Origin: Eledone cirrhosa
Lineage: Eukaryota
Length of the DNA: 64,000 nt
Assembly (NCBI GenBank): GCA_964016885.1
Contig: OZ024752.1
Span: 4,960,001-5,024,000 of the forward strand
Reading direction: 5' to 3'
Below the pieces are notes generated by a model that saw nothing but the letters and a program-made list of their open reading frames with translations, had not been told where the DNA came from and did not search any database. This document shows, piece by piece, positions 27,598 through 39,650 of this stretch. A program made the position numbers and the translations under genes. Within the stretch, counting starts at the first letter, position 1. The number at the start of each line of letters is the position of its first letter.

Positions 27598-27770
27598 CAT
27601 CACACACTAGAGATGACTGAGGAAGGAAGGGATGATGACATCATCACACACTAGAGATGACTGAGGAAGGAAGGGGTGATGACATCATCACACACTAGAA
27701 ATTACTGAGGAAGGAAGGGGTGATGACATCATCACACACTAGAGATGACTGAGGAAGGAAGGGATGGTGA
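27598..27770. repeat. 44-bp tandem repeat, 4 copies
   Basis: catcacacactagagatgactgaggaaggaagggatgatgacat. Confidence 0.9.
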
Positions 27771-27993
27771 CAAACTACAGAAAACAGCATCTAACATTCA
27801 CTACACTTGTGTGTACAATCTTCACATAGACACCAACACATACATATACGTGTCAGCGTGTTAGAAACTATTAATCCCTCTCCAATATTGTGACTATTTC
27901 TTGATGTCAAAAATGGTTTTCCCACAATTTCTAGAATCTCCTCTTCTCTCCAATGAAGCACCTTCCCTATTCTATCGATGGTTCTATCCCAAC

Positions 27994-28026
<33 letters not shown>

Positions 28027-28101
28027 CTCTCTCTCTCTCTATCGCTTCCTTATTAGCTTTGCCAGTTATTATCACTGTGATTTTTCCCTGTCCTTGTCCA
28101 G

Positions 28102-28134
28102 ATATGCTGTTGTACCTGCTGCCTATATGAAATG
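28102..28134 (+). CDS. robo: Robo cytoplasmic 33-nt symmetric exon
   Basis: tttttccctgtccttgtccAG acceptor and TG|GTGAGC donor. Phase 2 to 2. Encodes (R)YAVVPAAYMK(W). Confidence 0.65.
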
Positions 28135-28504
28135 GTGAGCTAAACCAGTGATCACTTGCTTTCCTTTTATTTACTATTTCAAATCACATGCTCTCCTTTG
28201 CCAACACCCTCCTCTCTACACCAACAACACCACTACCACTACACCTACCTTCCTACTTATCTTATTTCTTTGCTTGTTTTTTTTGTGTGTGTGTGTTTTT
28301 TTTTTGTTATCTATTCTTTTTCCTCGTGTCTTGTTTAATTTCAGTTTTAATTCTCATCTATATGATATTTATTTCTACCTATCTCCATCTTTTTTTAATT
28401 TCTTGGCAATTCTATTTTTTTTATATTTTCACTCCTGTATTCAATTTAAATGAAAACCAAATATTTTTCTTATTAGTTGTGTGTTTGATGGCAACAGTAT
28501 GTCC

Positions 28505-28596
28505 TCTAAGTCGCTATAGAAACTGTCTTCTAAGTCGCTATAGAAACTGTCTTCTAAGTCGCTATAGAAACTGTCTTCTGAGTCGCTATAGAAACT
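28505..28596. repeat. 24-bp tandem repeat, ~4 copies
   Basis: ctaagtcgctatagaaactgtctt. Confidence 0.9.
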
Positions 28597-28734
28597 AAAC
28601 CTGTCAGACTAGGTTTCAAATCTTCACTTACCTTACAGTCACTAATACATAAATATATATATATATATATTATATATATATTATATATATATATATATAT
28701 ATAATATATATATATATATTATATATTATATATC

Positions 28735-29055
28735 AACATATGTTAACCTTGGTCTTCCTCTCCTAGTGTGTCCATGTAGGGGCTCCCAAAGGAGCACTGA
28801 GTGCAATGTCAAATCTGGATGTCGGTGAGCATGTCCAGCCAACCTCAGTCTTCTCTGTGTCACTTTTGAGCTGACTTTTGGGATGCTCCCATACAGCTCT
28901 GAGTTTTTCATCCTCAGTGTATACTGATTAATGTTCAGAGCCATCCTCAGCATTCTGTTGGAGATGCAGGATATGGCAGCGATAATGAGGGACAGAGACC
29001 GCTGGAGAGAACTCGTCCATGGATCTCGGGAATTTTACCCGCCTTAGATAGATAT
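28735..29055. mobile_element. RTE LINE 3' end with inverted 5' segment
   Basis: 28735-28958 minus: RRLRLAGHAHRH...LWEPLHGHTRRGRPRLTYVD. 28959-29055 plus: 3' terminus with TAGA tail. Confidence 0.75.
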
Positions 29056-29384
29056 TATATATATATATATAATATATATATATATGTATATATATATATG
29101 TGTATATATATATATATATAATTATAATATATATATATAATAATAGGCACCAGGCAGTTGCCATTTTACGTCTGTAAGTATAGATTTAATATTTAAAATT
29201 CTCTAGATCGATACAGACGGACTATATGTACTTGAATTAAGGTATTTCTATCTGGCTAAAAAATTATTGTCATTTTGCAAAAAAAAACACAGTAGTGTTG
29301 ATCATATATTTTTTAATTTTTAATTTCTAAATTGTAATATATAATATTATATATATTATATATATATATATATGTTATATATAT

Positions 29385-29782
29385 ATAGTATAAAAACGAA
29401 AAATCAGCGATGCGTCTGGGCTCAGTTTATTGCGTGTTACAATTGTTTCGCCGGCAGGTAGCTCGAGACATGATCACTGTATGGATCTGGCTGATTCTAC
29501 GGCTGCAGGTTCCTCCAGACACAGGTAGTTAGTTCGGAGCTAATTTTCTCACAGAGAAAATTAGCTCCGAAGGAACCTGCAGCCATAGAATCAGCCAGAT
29601 CCATACAGTGATCATGTCTTGAGCTACCTGCCGGCGAAACAATTGTAACACGCAATAAACTGAGCCCAGATGCATCACTGATTTTTCGTTTTTATACTAT
29701 CCACACTCCACTCTGTATGAATATTGAGTGCTAATTTTGGCATACCGCCTATGGAAGCACCATAGCTACCATTATACACGAG
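29385..29782 (+). mobile_element. (TA)n-embedded fold-back element (family C)
   Basis: Arms 29385-29550 / 29554-29700, GAAAC and AATAAA in the arm, tail ACTC...ATTGAGTGCT. Confidence 0.6.
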
Positions 29783-29814
29783 TATATATATATATATTAT
29801 ATATATTATATATC

Positions 29815-30207
29815 TATCTATCTAGGGCGGGTAAAATTCCCGAGATCCAGGGACGAGTTCTCTCCAGGGGTCTCTGTCCCACATTATCGCTGCCATGTCC
29901 TGCGTCACCAACAGACCAGTGTCTGTCCTTAAGGCATCAACATACGTTAACCTTGGTCTTTCTCTGGCTTTACTGTAACACCGGCTCAGAGCAGGAGAGT
30001 TAAGGCAAAAAAGATATCAGATGCTGGATTTGTGGACGACATAGTTTTGGTAACAAATACAGTGAAGGAGGGAGAGGGGTTGATGGAGGAGGTGGAGACT
30101 GTCAATGAGTGTGGGGCTGAGAATGAATGAGACTAAAACAAAATATCTGGTAGAGAATGTTGAGAAACCAGAGGGGATCACTAATGTAGGCGGGAAGCCA
30201 CTAGAAT
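29815..30207. mobile_element. Second copy of the same RTE LINE, 3' end on minus strand plus inverted RT fragment
   Basis: 29815-29965 is the reverse complement of the 3' end. 29966-30207 plus strand reads SRRVKAKKISDAGFVDDIVLV...GLRMNETKTKYL (RT YxDD-like region). Confidence 0.75.
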
Positions 30208-30209
30208 AT

Positions 30210-30241
<32 letters not shown>

Positions 30242-30367
30242 ATATATATTATATATATATATATATTATATATATCATATATATTATATATATATTATAT
30301 ATATATATTATATATATATTACATATATAATATATATATTACATATATATATATATATTATATATAT

Positions 30368-30563
30368 AATGAAGGAAATGTGGTAAGGAACCAGGTGGAC
30401 CATAACGCACCAAAGTACTCAATACTTGAGGTAGTAGAGTGGGTAATAGGAACCAGTAAGACCCCGACAGCTGAGCTCAAGCCGTTTCGACGGCTAATTC
30501 TGGACTCCAGAATTAGCCGTCGAAACGGCTTGAGCTCAGCTGTCGGGGTCTTACTGGTTCCTA
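30368..30563 (-). mobile_element. (TA)n-embedded fold-back element (family A, copy 2)
   Basis: Perfect ~58-bp arms around GGA-C-TCC. The tail read on the minus strand has ACTC...ATTGAGTACT. Confidence 0.6.
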
Positions 30564-30811
30564 TATTATATATATATATATATTATATATATCATATATA
30601 TTATATATATTATATATATATTATATATATATTACATATATAATATATATATTACATATATATATATTATATATATATTACATATATATATATATATTAT
30701 ATATATATTATATATTAAGTGTATTGAGTTCAAATCTCAAGCATTCCTTTACAAAGCTCCAAGAAAAGAATATTTCTGAGCCGTGTAATAAATATAAATC
30801 AATATATATAT

Positions 30812-30869
<58 letters not shown>

Positions 30870-31691
30870 CAGGGTGCGGACGATATTTGTTCGCAAGATT
30901 ACTGTCTATGAAAAAATAACAGTAGTTTTATTTTTTAAGATTTATTTATCAAACTTGGGTCAGTTTGTCTTCATGACTTGTTCTTTCGATCTCACTCAAT
31001 AAGCCTGCCATTGGCTTTGATGATGGCCTCAAGGTGACCTCGGAACCGGCTTCAGGCCTTCGTCACTGTCCCCCGACTTAGGCCCCTAAAGGCACTTGTG
31101 ATCCTGGCCTTCAGATCGTCTTACATATTGCAGCTAGATCTGTTGGTGTCTCGTTCCACTGTTCCACGAAGTTCTCTGACAGCCAGGCATGGGTCTTTCG
31201 GCTGGTATGGCAGAGCGCTGAGTCTTGCTGCCACACGTACGGCCTACCTGCAGCTACCTGGTTGATCCAGGGCTTTACTACCTCGCTCAGAAGCGGATGT
31301 AGCCATCGGTGTTCAGCTTGAGGCCCTCAGGGAAGAATTGAGGTGGCATGACGTCACCTTGACTACTGACGACACCTAAGACTAATGTTGTCGCTGGACC
31401 AATATTTTGTCTGTATGACTCTGGGCACGTCTTTGGATGAGACAGCGAGCCACCTGTTGTTCTGAGAGTTGATTTTCTGGTCTTATTTGTCCTCCCGGCG
31501 CGGATTCCAAGAAGATTCCATGTCTCTTCCACAAATTTGGAGGTTCAAAATTATTCATAATCAATTATGCTGAAAATAAATAATGGAAATATAGTCACTG
31601 TTTTTATGAAGACAAGAGTGACAACGGAAGTAAAAAAAATTTGCATAAAATTAGCAGTTGAAAATTGCGAACAAATATCGTCCGCACCCTG
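30870..31691 (-). mobile_element. Tc1/mariner-superfamily transposon, internally deleted
   Basis: Perfect 27-bp TIRs CAGGGTGCGGACGATATTTGTTCGCAA (30870-30896 / 31665-31691), TA flanks, transposase remnant VLGVVSSQGDVMPPQFF..GLKLNTDGYI...PYVWQQDSA. Confidence 0.9.
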
Positions 31692-31701
31692 TATATATGT
31701 A

Positions 31702-31784
<83 letters not shown>

Positions 31785-31787
31785 GTG

Positions 31788-31833
<46 letters not shown>

Positions 31834-32659
31834 TACATATATATATATTATATATTATTTATATATATGTATATTATATATTATTTATATATATATATAT
31901 TATATATTATTTATATATATATATATATTATATATTTATATATATATATATATATTATATATTATTTATATATATATATATTATATATATATATATATTA
32001 TATATATATATATATTATATATATATATATTATATATATATTATATTATATATATATTATATTATATATATATTATATTATATATATATATATATTATAT
32101 ATATATATATATTATATATATATATATTATATATATATATTATATTATATATATTATATATATCATCATCATCAGGTTTAGCGTCCGTGTTCCACGCTTG
32201 CATGGGTTTGGACGGGGGTTTTCCCACTTGAGGCAAGAGTGGTTGTCTTGCTCGCATAGGACAGTCTGGCGGGTTTTCTACAGTTGGATGCCCTTCCTAA
32301 CACCAACCACATTTACAGTGTGGGGCTGGGAAGTTTTTACCGTGTTGCCTACACGGCCACATTACAGCGTGGACTGTCTGGCGGGTTTTCTACAGCTGGA
32401 TGCCCTTCCTAACACCAACCACATTTACAGTGTGGGGCTGGGAGGTTTTTACCGTGTTGCCTACACGGCCACATTTACAGCGTGGACTGTGTGTTTTTTG
32501 TCGTGACACCTACACGATCTCATTTGTTTCGGCCTGGATGTTGTGGGACCAACATAACTGTACATTGAAAGGGGCGGTGTGGATGGGGTGGAGGTGGTGG
32601 GACGGGGGGGTGTTTTGATAGAGATGCCTACTGACTGTAGTAGGTTTTTACTTTGTATT

Positions 32660-33090
32660 TAGGTAAGGCGGGTCTTCTCTATTACTGAGTACCGCCAAAG
32701 GTCTCGGTCCAGTGACATTGTCTTGGAGAGGTGTAAGCGTGTGAGGTCGGAATTTATCAGCTCGTCCCATGTTTTTCTGGGTCTGCCTACTCCGTGGCTA
32801 CCATCTATCTTTATTGCCCTGCACTTTGTTATACAGCTGTCGTCTTTCATGCGCATCACGTGACCGTACCAACGTAGCCTTCTCTCGAGTAAACAACATC
32901 TGATCCCTCTTATTTCTAATTTTTTCCTTAGTTCGTTTATGCTTTGCCCTTCACGTATATTACTATTGCACATCCAGCAGAGCATGCAAGCTTCGTTCCT
33001 CTCTAGTCTGCGTATATCCTCTGCACACAATGCCCAGGTCTCACTGCCATGCAGCATTGCTGTTCGTATGCAGGCATCGTATAACCTGCC
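32660..33090 (-). mobile_element. RTE/BovB-like LINE 3' fragment
   Basis: MLHGSETW...ERNE..M..WMC...RRLRWYGHVMRM...GRPRKTW. Confidence 0.8.
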
Positions 33091-34561
33091 TTTATTATAT
33101 TATATATATATTATATTATATATATATTATATTATATATATATTATATATATATATATTATATATATATTATATGTATATATTATATATATATATATATA
33201 TGCCCCCACACCCACCACCGCAAGGTGGTCGTGGAGGTGCCACGGCAAAAAAGCACCCGGCCCACACTGTAAAGTGGACGTGTAGGCGACACGAAAAAGC
33301 ACCCAGCACTCACTGTAAATGAGGTTGGTGTTAGGAAGGGCATCCAGCTGTAGAAATCAAGCCAGATCAGTTCCTGTATGAGCAAGGCATGGTCAGCCGC
33401 CCAGACACTGCCCACAACAGGACAACCCGTCTAACCCATGCTAGCGTGGAAGAATGGACGTAAAACGGTGATGATGATGATGATATATATATATATATGG
33501 AAGCACATGGCTTAGTGGTTAGAGCATTGGCCTTGCAATCAAAAGGTTGTGAGTTCAATTCTCAGACCGGGTGATGTGTTGTTTCCTTGAGCAAGACACT
33601 TTATTTCATATTGCTCCAGTTTACTCAGCTGTAGAAATGAGATGATAGGGACTGGGATCCCTATCATTCCACTGCAAAGTGGTCATGGAGGTGCCATGGC
33701 AAAAAAGCACCCAGCACTCACTGTAAATGAGGTTGGTGTTAGGAAGGGCATCCAGCTGTAGAAATCAAGCCAGAATCAGTTCCCGTCCCACCCTTGCAAG
33801 CAGGGAAAAGCGGACGTAAAATGATGATGATGATGATGATGATGATATCAAAATGACAAAACTCATTGCCATTAAAACAGCCAATTGTTGTCAAGTCCGT
33901 GATGTCCAAAAATTCCTCAGAGGACAGAGATCAGTGACCTGTGGTCAACAGAGAGACAAACCACAAGGTGGGTGACAGGCAGATGAAATATAGAAAAGAT
34001 TGTTGACCAAAGGCCACTCGTTTCTGTCATATGGGGCACTTTTGCGCATTGTTGTCTTTGACAGCATTTGGCTGTTTTAACAGCTGTTCTAGCGATCAGT
34101 TTTCTCATCTTTATATGTCTTTCACTCTCGCTTCGTCTCGATTGGAGACAACATTGTTTTTTCCATATATATACCTCCAATATAACTACCCTCCATCTTC
34201 CTCCTGTCTTTCCTCAGGAAAAGCATGAATAACTCGACTTGTCTTTCCTTCCTTTCTTTTTCTTCTTTTTTAAATAAATCTCTCATCTCATTACTTCCTA
34301 TAGCGCACACTTATTATTATTATTATTTATATTATTATACCTTATTTCTTTATCTACACCTTTCTTTTTATAGTTTTCTTGTTGAAAAGTTTCTCATACA
34401 TTGTTGTAATAGTTGTTGTAGTAATAGTAGTAGGTAGTTGTTTATTGTCATTGTAGAGGAATTTCTTCTCCCTTTAAATTTCCGTTACATTTTCTTAATA
34501 TGCCCAAACCACCACAATCACCAAAACCAATTTTTTTTTTAAATTGCTGCTCATCTGTTGA

Positions 34562-34617
<56 letters not shown>

Positions 34618-34907
34618 GTAGTTTACTTGAAGCATTGTATATGGTATAAAGAATCAAAGTTAGAAAGTCACGACAATGCAGGTTTGGATGGGGAAAATTT
34701 AAAATGTAAGAAACAGGGTTTGTTTTCTACATTCATTTATTTATATGTCCTGATATTCTGAGATTAATATCTCTTCTTCCGAGGAAAATAAAGGAATTAT
34801 TCCAGTGTCTGATGTGGCTTGCTATACCATGCTGGCTTTCCAACTTCGAATTCAAATTCTTTATACATATATATATATATATATATATATATTGAATGTA
34901 TATGTGT

Positions 34908-35305
34908 ATCATCATCATCATCGTTTAACGTCCATGTTCCACGCTTGCATGGGTTTGGACGGGAGTTTTCCCACTTGAGGCAAGAGTGGTTGTCTTGCTC
35001 GCATAGGACTGTCTGGCGGGTTTTCTACAGCTGGATGCCCTTCCTAACACCAACCACATTTACAGTGTGGACTGGGAGGTTTTTACTGTGTTGCCTACAC
35101 GGCCACATTACAGCGTGGACTGTGTGTTTTTTGTCGTGACACCTACACGATTTCATTTGTTTCGGCCTGGATGCTGTGGCACCAACATAACTTTACATTG
35201 AAAGGGGCGGTGTGGATGGGGTGGGGGTGGTGGGACGGGGGTGTGTTTTGTTAGAGATGCCTACTGACTGTAGTAGCTTTTACTTTGTATTCAGGTAAGG
35301 CGGGT
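34908..35305 (-). mobile_element. RTE-tail SINE-like repeat (copies 32163-32675-, 50585-50875+; tandem-expanded versions 25625-26240+, 37018-37370+)
   Basis: Repeated cacactgtaaatgtggttggtgttaggaagggcatccagctgtagaaa core and (GAT)n tail. Confidence 0.75.
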
Positions 35306-35339
35306 ATATATGTATATAATGTATGTATATGTGTATATG

Positions 35340-35394
<55 letters not shown>

Positions 35395-36208
35395 ATAAAT
35401 TATCGAGATTCGCATTTCGGCCCACGAAATAATGAAAAACAACCTCCGAGATGTGCGGCAAGTGCTCAATGATTCAGAAGAACCAGAGCTATAACAAACG
35501 TTAAACGCCAAACACACTGAGACGATGGTTAAACAATCATTCACGTAGCCAAAAAAACGATCAAGTAATTCGGGTATTGAAAATTTACCCGGACCCCTGG
35601 AAGGTTAGTAAAATCCAGTATATGGGTTTCTGTGGCTCCTAAATCAAGTAATGTCCGCTTACATATATAATGTCAGGCTTCTGGTAAGATGATTGAACAA
35701 GGTAGCCACTTTCTCAACAGGTTTTAGTTCAATGTTAATACAAGGACTGACTATTGCTGACCCCACGTGGGGATCAGCAAGGGAGGCAACCCCTATATCA
35801 GGTGAATATACATGTATATATATATATATACACACATATACATACATTATATATATATATAGAGACATGTGGATTGGCAGTATCGGTAGAGGGTCAGCGC
35901 TATGCTTTGACTCATAGAGTTACAGCCCTTGCCATTCTGAGTTTGAATCCCGCCGAGGTTAACCTTGCCTTTCATCCTTACGGGGTCGATAAAATAAAGT
36001 ACCAGTAATGCACTGGGTAATTGCTGGCCTTGTGCCAAAAAGTAAAAACAATTATATATATATATTTATTATATATATATGTATGTATATAATTGTTTCT
36101 ACTTTTGGCACAAGGCCAGCAATTATCCCAGTGTATTACTGGTACTTTATTTTATCGACCCTGTAAGGATGAAAGGCAAAGTTAACCTCGGCGGGATTTA
36201 AACTCAAA

Positions 36209-36720
36209 TCATATTTTGAAGCTGGCAGAGAACCTCAGCCCTACAGAGGTCAACGCTCCAAACCACCACAGTGCCACCATTGTCATCAGCGAGTTTGATG
36301 ACAATGTCATCGCGATGCCAAAGGTTGCAGAGAGCTCAGCCTGTGTGCTGCTAGAGTGACGAGAAGGCTGGTGGAAACGGAACCGGTTGACAGTATGCCA
36401 GCAAGTATCGACTAAGGAGTCGAGGGTGCTGAACCATCCAGAGCTCAGCGTCCAATGTGATTGCCAGCGACTGAGACGAGTGAAGTCATCTGTCTGTGTC
36501 GATAATGGCGTGTTGTGAAAAAAAAAAGCTTTCAGCTTTAATCAACGGAAGAACCCTTCAATATCGGCACATGTACGGAACTCGTTGCAGGTAAATGTGG
36601 TTGGTATAAACGCAAACCACAGGCGAGGAGGGAGTGCTCAGCTTGGGAGAGTGGTAGGTCCTGGGGTATGGTGACTACAGTGCAGGGACGTGAGGGAGTG
36701 AAAGGGGCAGAAGCGATAAG
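36209..36720 (-). mobile_element. Penelope-like element RT N-terminal fragment (decayed)
   Basis: Minus-strand translation gives LPLSQAEHSLLACGL and DDIVIKLADDNGGTVVVW...RAEVLCQL, resembling the PLE motifs LS..E..LL.KGL and IVIKPADKGGAVVV. Confidence 0.65.
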
Positions 36721-37477
36721 GTGGTTGGGCAAAGCATATGCTGATTCAGTGGTGGGGAGAAGAAAGGGGGTGGTAGGTGAGAGGATAGAGGGATATATAT
36801 ATCTCTGTTTTGCATGGAAAGATAAATGGTTATTGTGAACTGATTTCTAAAAATTACTTATTCATTTATTCAATCAAATAATTTCTGTGGGAGATTGGGA
36901 AAACTTTGTTTCACAATTGCTTTTTTTGATTTCATTCTTTAACTCTTTCAATCTCAACCATTCCTATTCCACCTCTGGTCAGTCTAGGATTCAAATACTT
37001 TTGTTTTAAAATATGAACTGGTTGTGTAGGTGTCATGACAAAAAGCACCCAGCTTTCACTGTAAAGTGGTTGTGTAGGGGTCACAACAAAAAGCACCCAG
37101 CCCACCCTGTAATTGGTTGTGTGGGTGTTACAACAAAAAGTGCCCATCCCACACTGTAAAGTGGTCATGTAGGTCACGACAAAAAGCACCCAGCACACAC
37201 TATAAATGTGGTTGCCGTTAGGAAGGGCATCCTGCTGTAGAAACCTAACCAGAAACAGTTCTATATGAGCAAGACACAGTCACCTGACCCAACTTGCCTC
37301 AAATAGGACAACCTGTCTAACTCATGCTAGCATGGATAGTGGATGTTAAACAAGGACGATGATGATGATGTTCAAATTTCTGAGAAGAGGAATCATCACA
37401 GTTATGCACTGGTTTATTCTGACTAGTATCTTCATGCATTCCAAACCCTAATCTTTTTTCATGTGTCTGTTATATTT

Positions 37478-37712
37478 AGCAGTGTTCTCAGGACTAAAAA
37501 CTGGTCCACCTCCCCACTGACCACTGTCGGCACAGAGTTGGCTACCTGCAAGTGTGAGCCTCATGAGTTGGAATGGCTCTTTCAACACATCTCCTTCACC
37601 GGGGAAATGCCTTCTCTATTCTATCTGCTGGGACCACAGAGTGGTCAGCATGAGGGCTCCCATTTGTATATAATAGTGAGAGATGGGGAGAGCAAGAGAC
37701 GGAGGCAGTGAG
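37478..37712 (+). mobile_element. Decayed copy of the same CRE-like 3' end
   Basis: LTTVGTELATCKCEPHELEWLFQHIS..GEMPS matches the 42960 and 59440 copies. Confidence 0.55.
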
Positions 37713-39650
37713 TGAAAGAAAACATCAATGCGCACATATACATATCGTTGGTAGCCTTAACCCTTTAGCATTTAAACTGGCTGTATCTGGCCAGAATTCT
37801 CTCACCTCTTTCTGTTCAAACAGGCTGTAACTGGCCACTCATACTTATGTTAAGAGGTATTGATGTCAAAATAAATAATATCAGAATCTCGTAGATTCAA
37901 TATTATGTGAGATAAAGCCTTTACCAGAAAAATACAATAGTAAATATAGAGTAATGGAGATGGTAAAGGGCTAATGGTACGGAAAAATAACTGACACTTG
38001 TTCAATCTATAGATTGTATTATAGTATATCATCATATATATTGCTGAATATTCTCTACATACTTGTGTCTTTAACATAATCTTCATACATAACCTACATG
38101 ACACTTTGTGTGTTGGTGTGGGTATATATGTGTGTTTGTGTGTATGTGTATATATATGTGTGTGTGTATATGTATGTGTTTGTATGTATGTATGTTTGTG
38201 TGTGTGTAAGACTATGTTGGGCCTTTGAAAACAAAAAAGGGCGATTTCTTTTGATATTCGTAAGAAAATGAGATAAATTTATTTTAAATGAATTCTTTGC
38301 TTTGCAAAGTAAAGATTTGTTACCATTACCTGTCTAAGGGTCTAGTGAATAGGTATATGCAATTTTGTGGGTGTCCATTTGCTAGTTCCTGACTTTTAGG
38401 CAGACACACAGAATCGAAAACTTGGCAAATTTCTTAACTGTACACCCACACAAACATGCCCATGTGTATGAGTGTGTGTGTGTGATTGTGTGCATCCAAT
38501 TGCAGTCATATGTCTGATGTTTAACAGTGATATAAAGTAGAAGTGAATCTCTTGTAATAGCAACAAGACTTAACTAATTAATAATTCATGTTAAAAGGTT
38601 GACAAATTAATCCTCAACAGACGAGATGAAAATTCTTACACATCTTACTTAAGTCTCTTGATTGATGTTTAAAAATACAGATATGGTTGTGTTTTCTAAA
38701 ATTAAACATCAGCCAGTGTTTATGTAGTTCAAGCTTTGCCAAATCGATTTCAATGGGATTTACTTGTAATAAACTTGCTGTGCCTCGACAATAACAACGA
38801 TAAACATTAATAACTGATTTATGTTGATTAGATGTATGATCAATATTTTTGTAAAGTGAGTGTAGTTGATTGAATAATTGTTTCTACTATTGGCACAAGG
38901 CCAGAAATTACCCAGTACATTACTGGTACTTTATTTTATCGACCTCGTAAGGATGAAAGGCAAAGTTAACCTCGGCGGGATTTGAACTCAGAATGGCAAG
39001 GGCCGTAACTCTATGTATCAAAGCATGGCGTCCGACCCTCTACCGATACTGCCAATCAATGTAAGTGTATGTTTGGAGTCCGGGTAGGGGATCAGATATT
39101 TTGGGACCAAGATATAGTTAATGATTTATTTTGGAAAAAATAGGCAATCACTATGAATTAGCGTATAAACTCAAATATAAACTGATCCAAATATAAGCAA
39201 ATATTTTATGTCAGAGAAATAGGCAAAAATCCATACTCTATTTATAAGCTGAGCAGGTAATCAACACATAATGTTTAAATGGTGTGGTTTTGTAATTCTC
39301 ATGAAGTTTTAATATTTTGATATTTAAAATGTTTTAAGATGTGTTTAGAGTATAGTTTTTGTTTCACAACTCCATTACATAATGATTCTTTTACAAATTT
39401 CCCACCGTTTTGAAGGCCATATTCATTCAAAACATATCATAAACAGTAGGAAATACATATATAAACAGACACATATGCACCCACACAGCAGTCTTCTGTA
39501 CAATTTTCATCTACTAAATTTCACTCTCACAAGGCATTGGTCAACCTATGGTTATAGTAGTAGACTTGTTACTATGCAGTGACATTGACCTGAAGTCAGG
39601 TGGTCAAATCTATTAATACCATTATTTTTATTTCTATTTAATATATAGTA

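Noticed and set aside
33881-33967. 87-nt coding exon within the stem-loop (good donor; one TGA sits on an A.C mismatch)
   Set aside because: The acceptor lacks a pyrimidine tract, and the phase-2 frame needed by the exon chain contains a stop. It is kept only as part of the structure finding.
34218-34437. Exon after the strong acceptor ctttcctcAG
   Set aside because: No credible donor, and the in-phase reading runs into low-complexity pyrimidine sequence.
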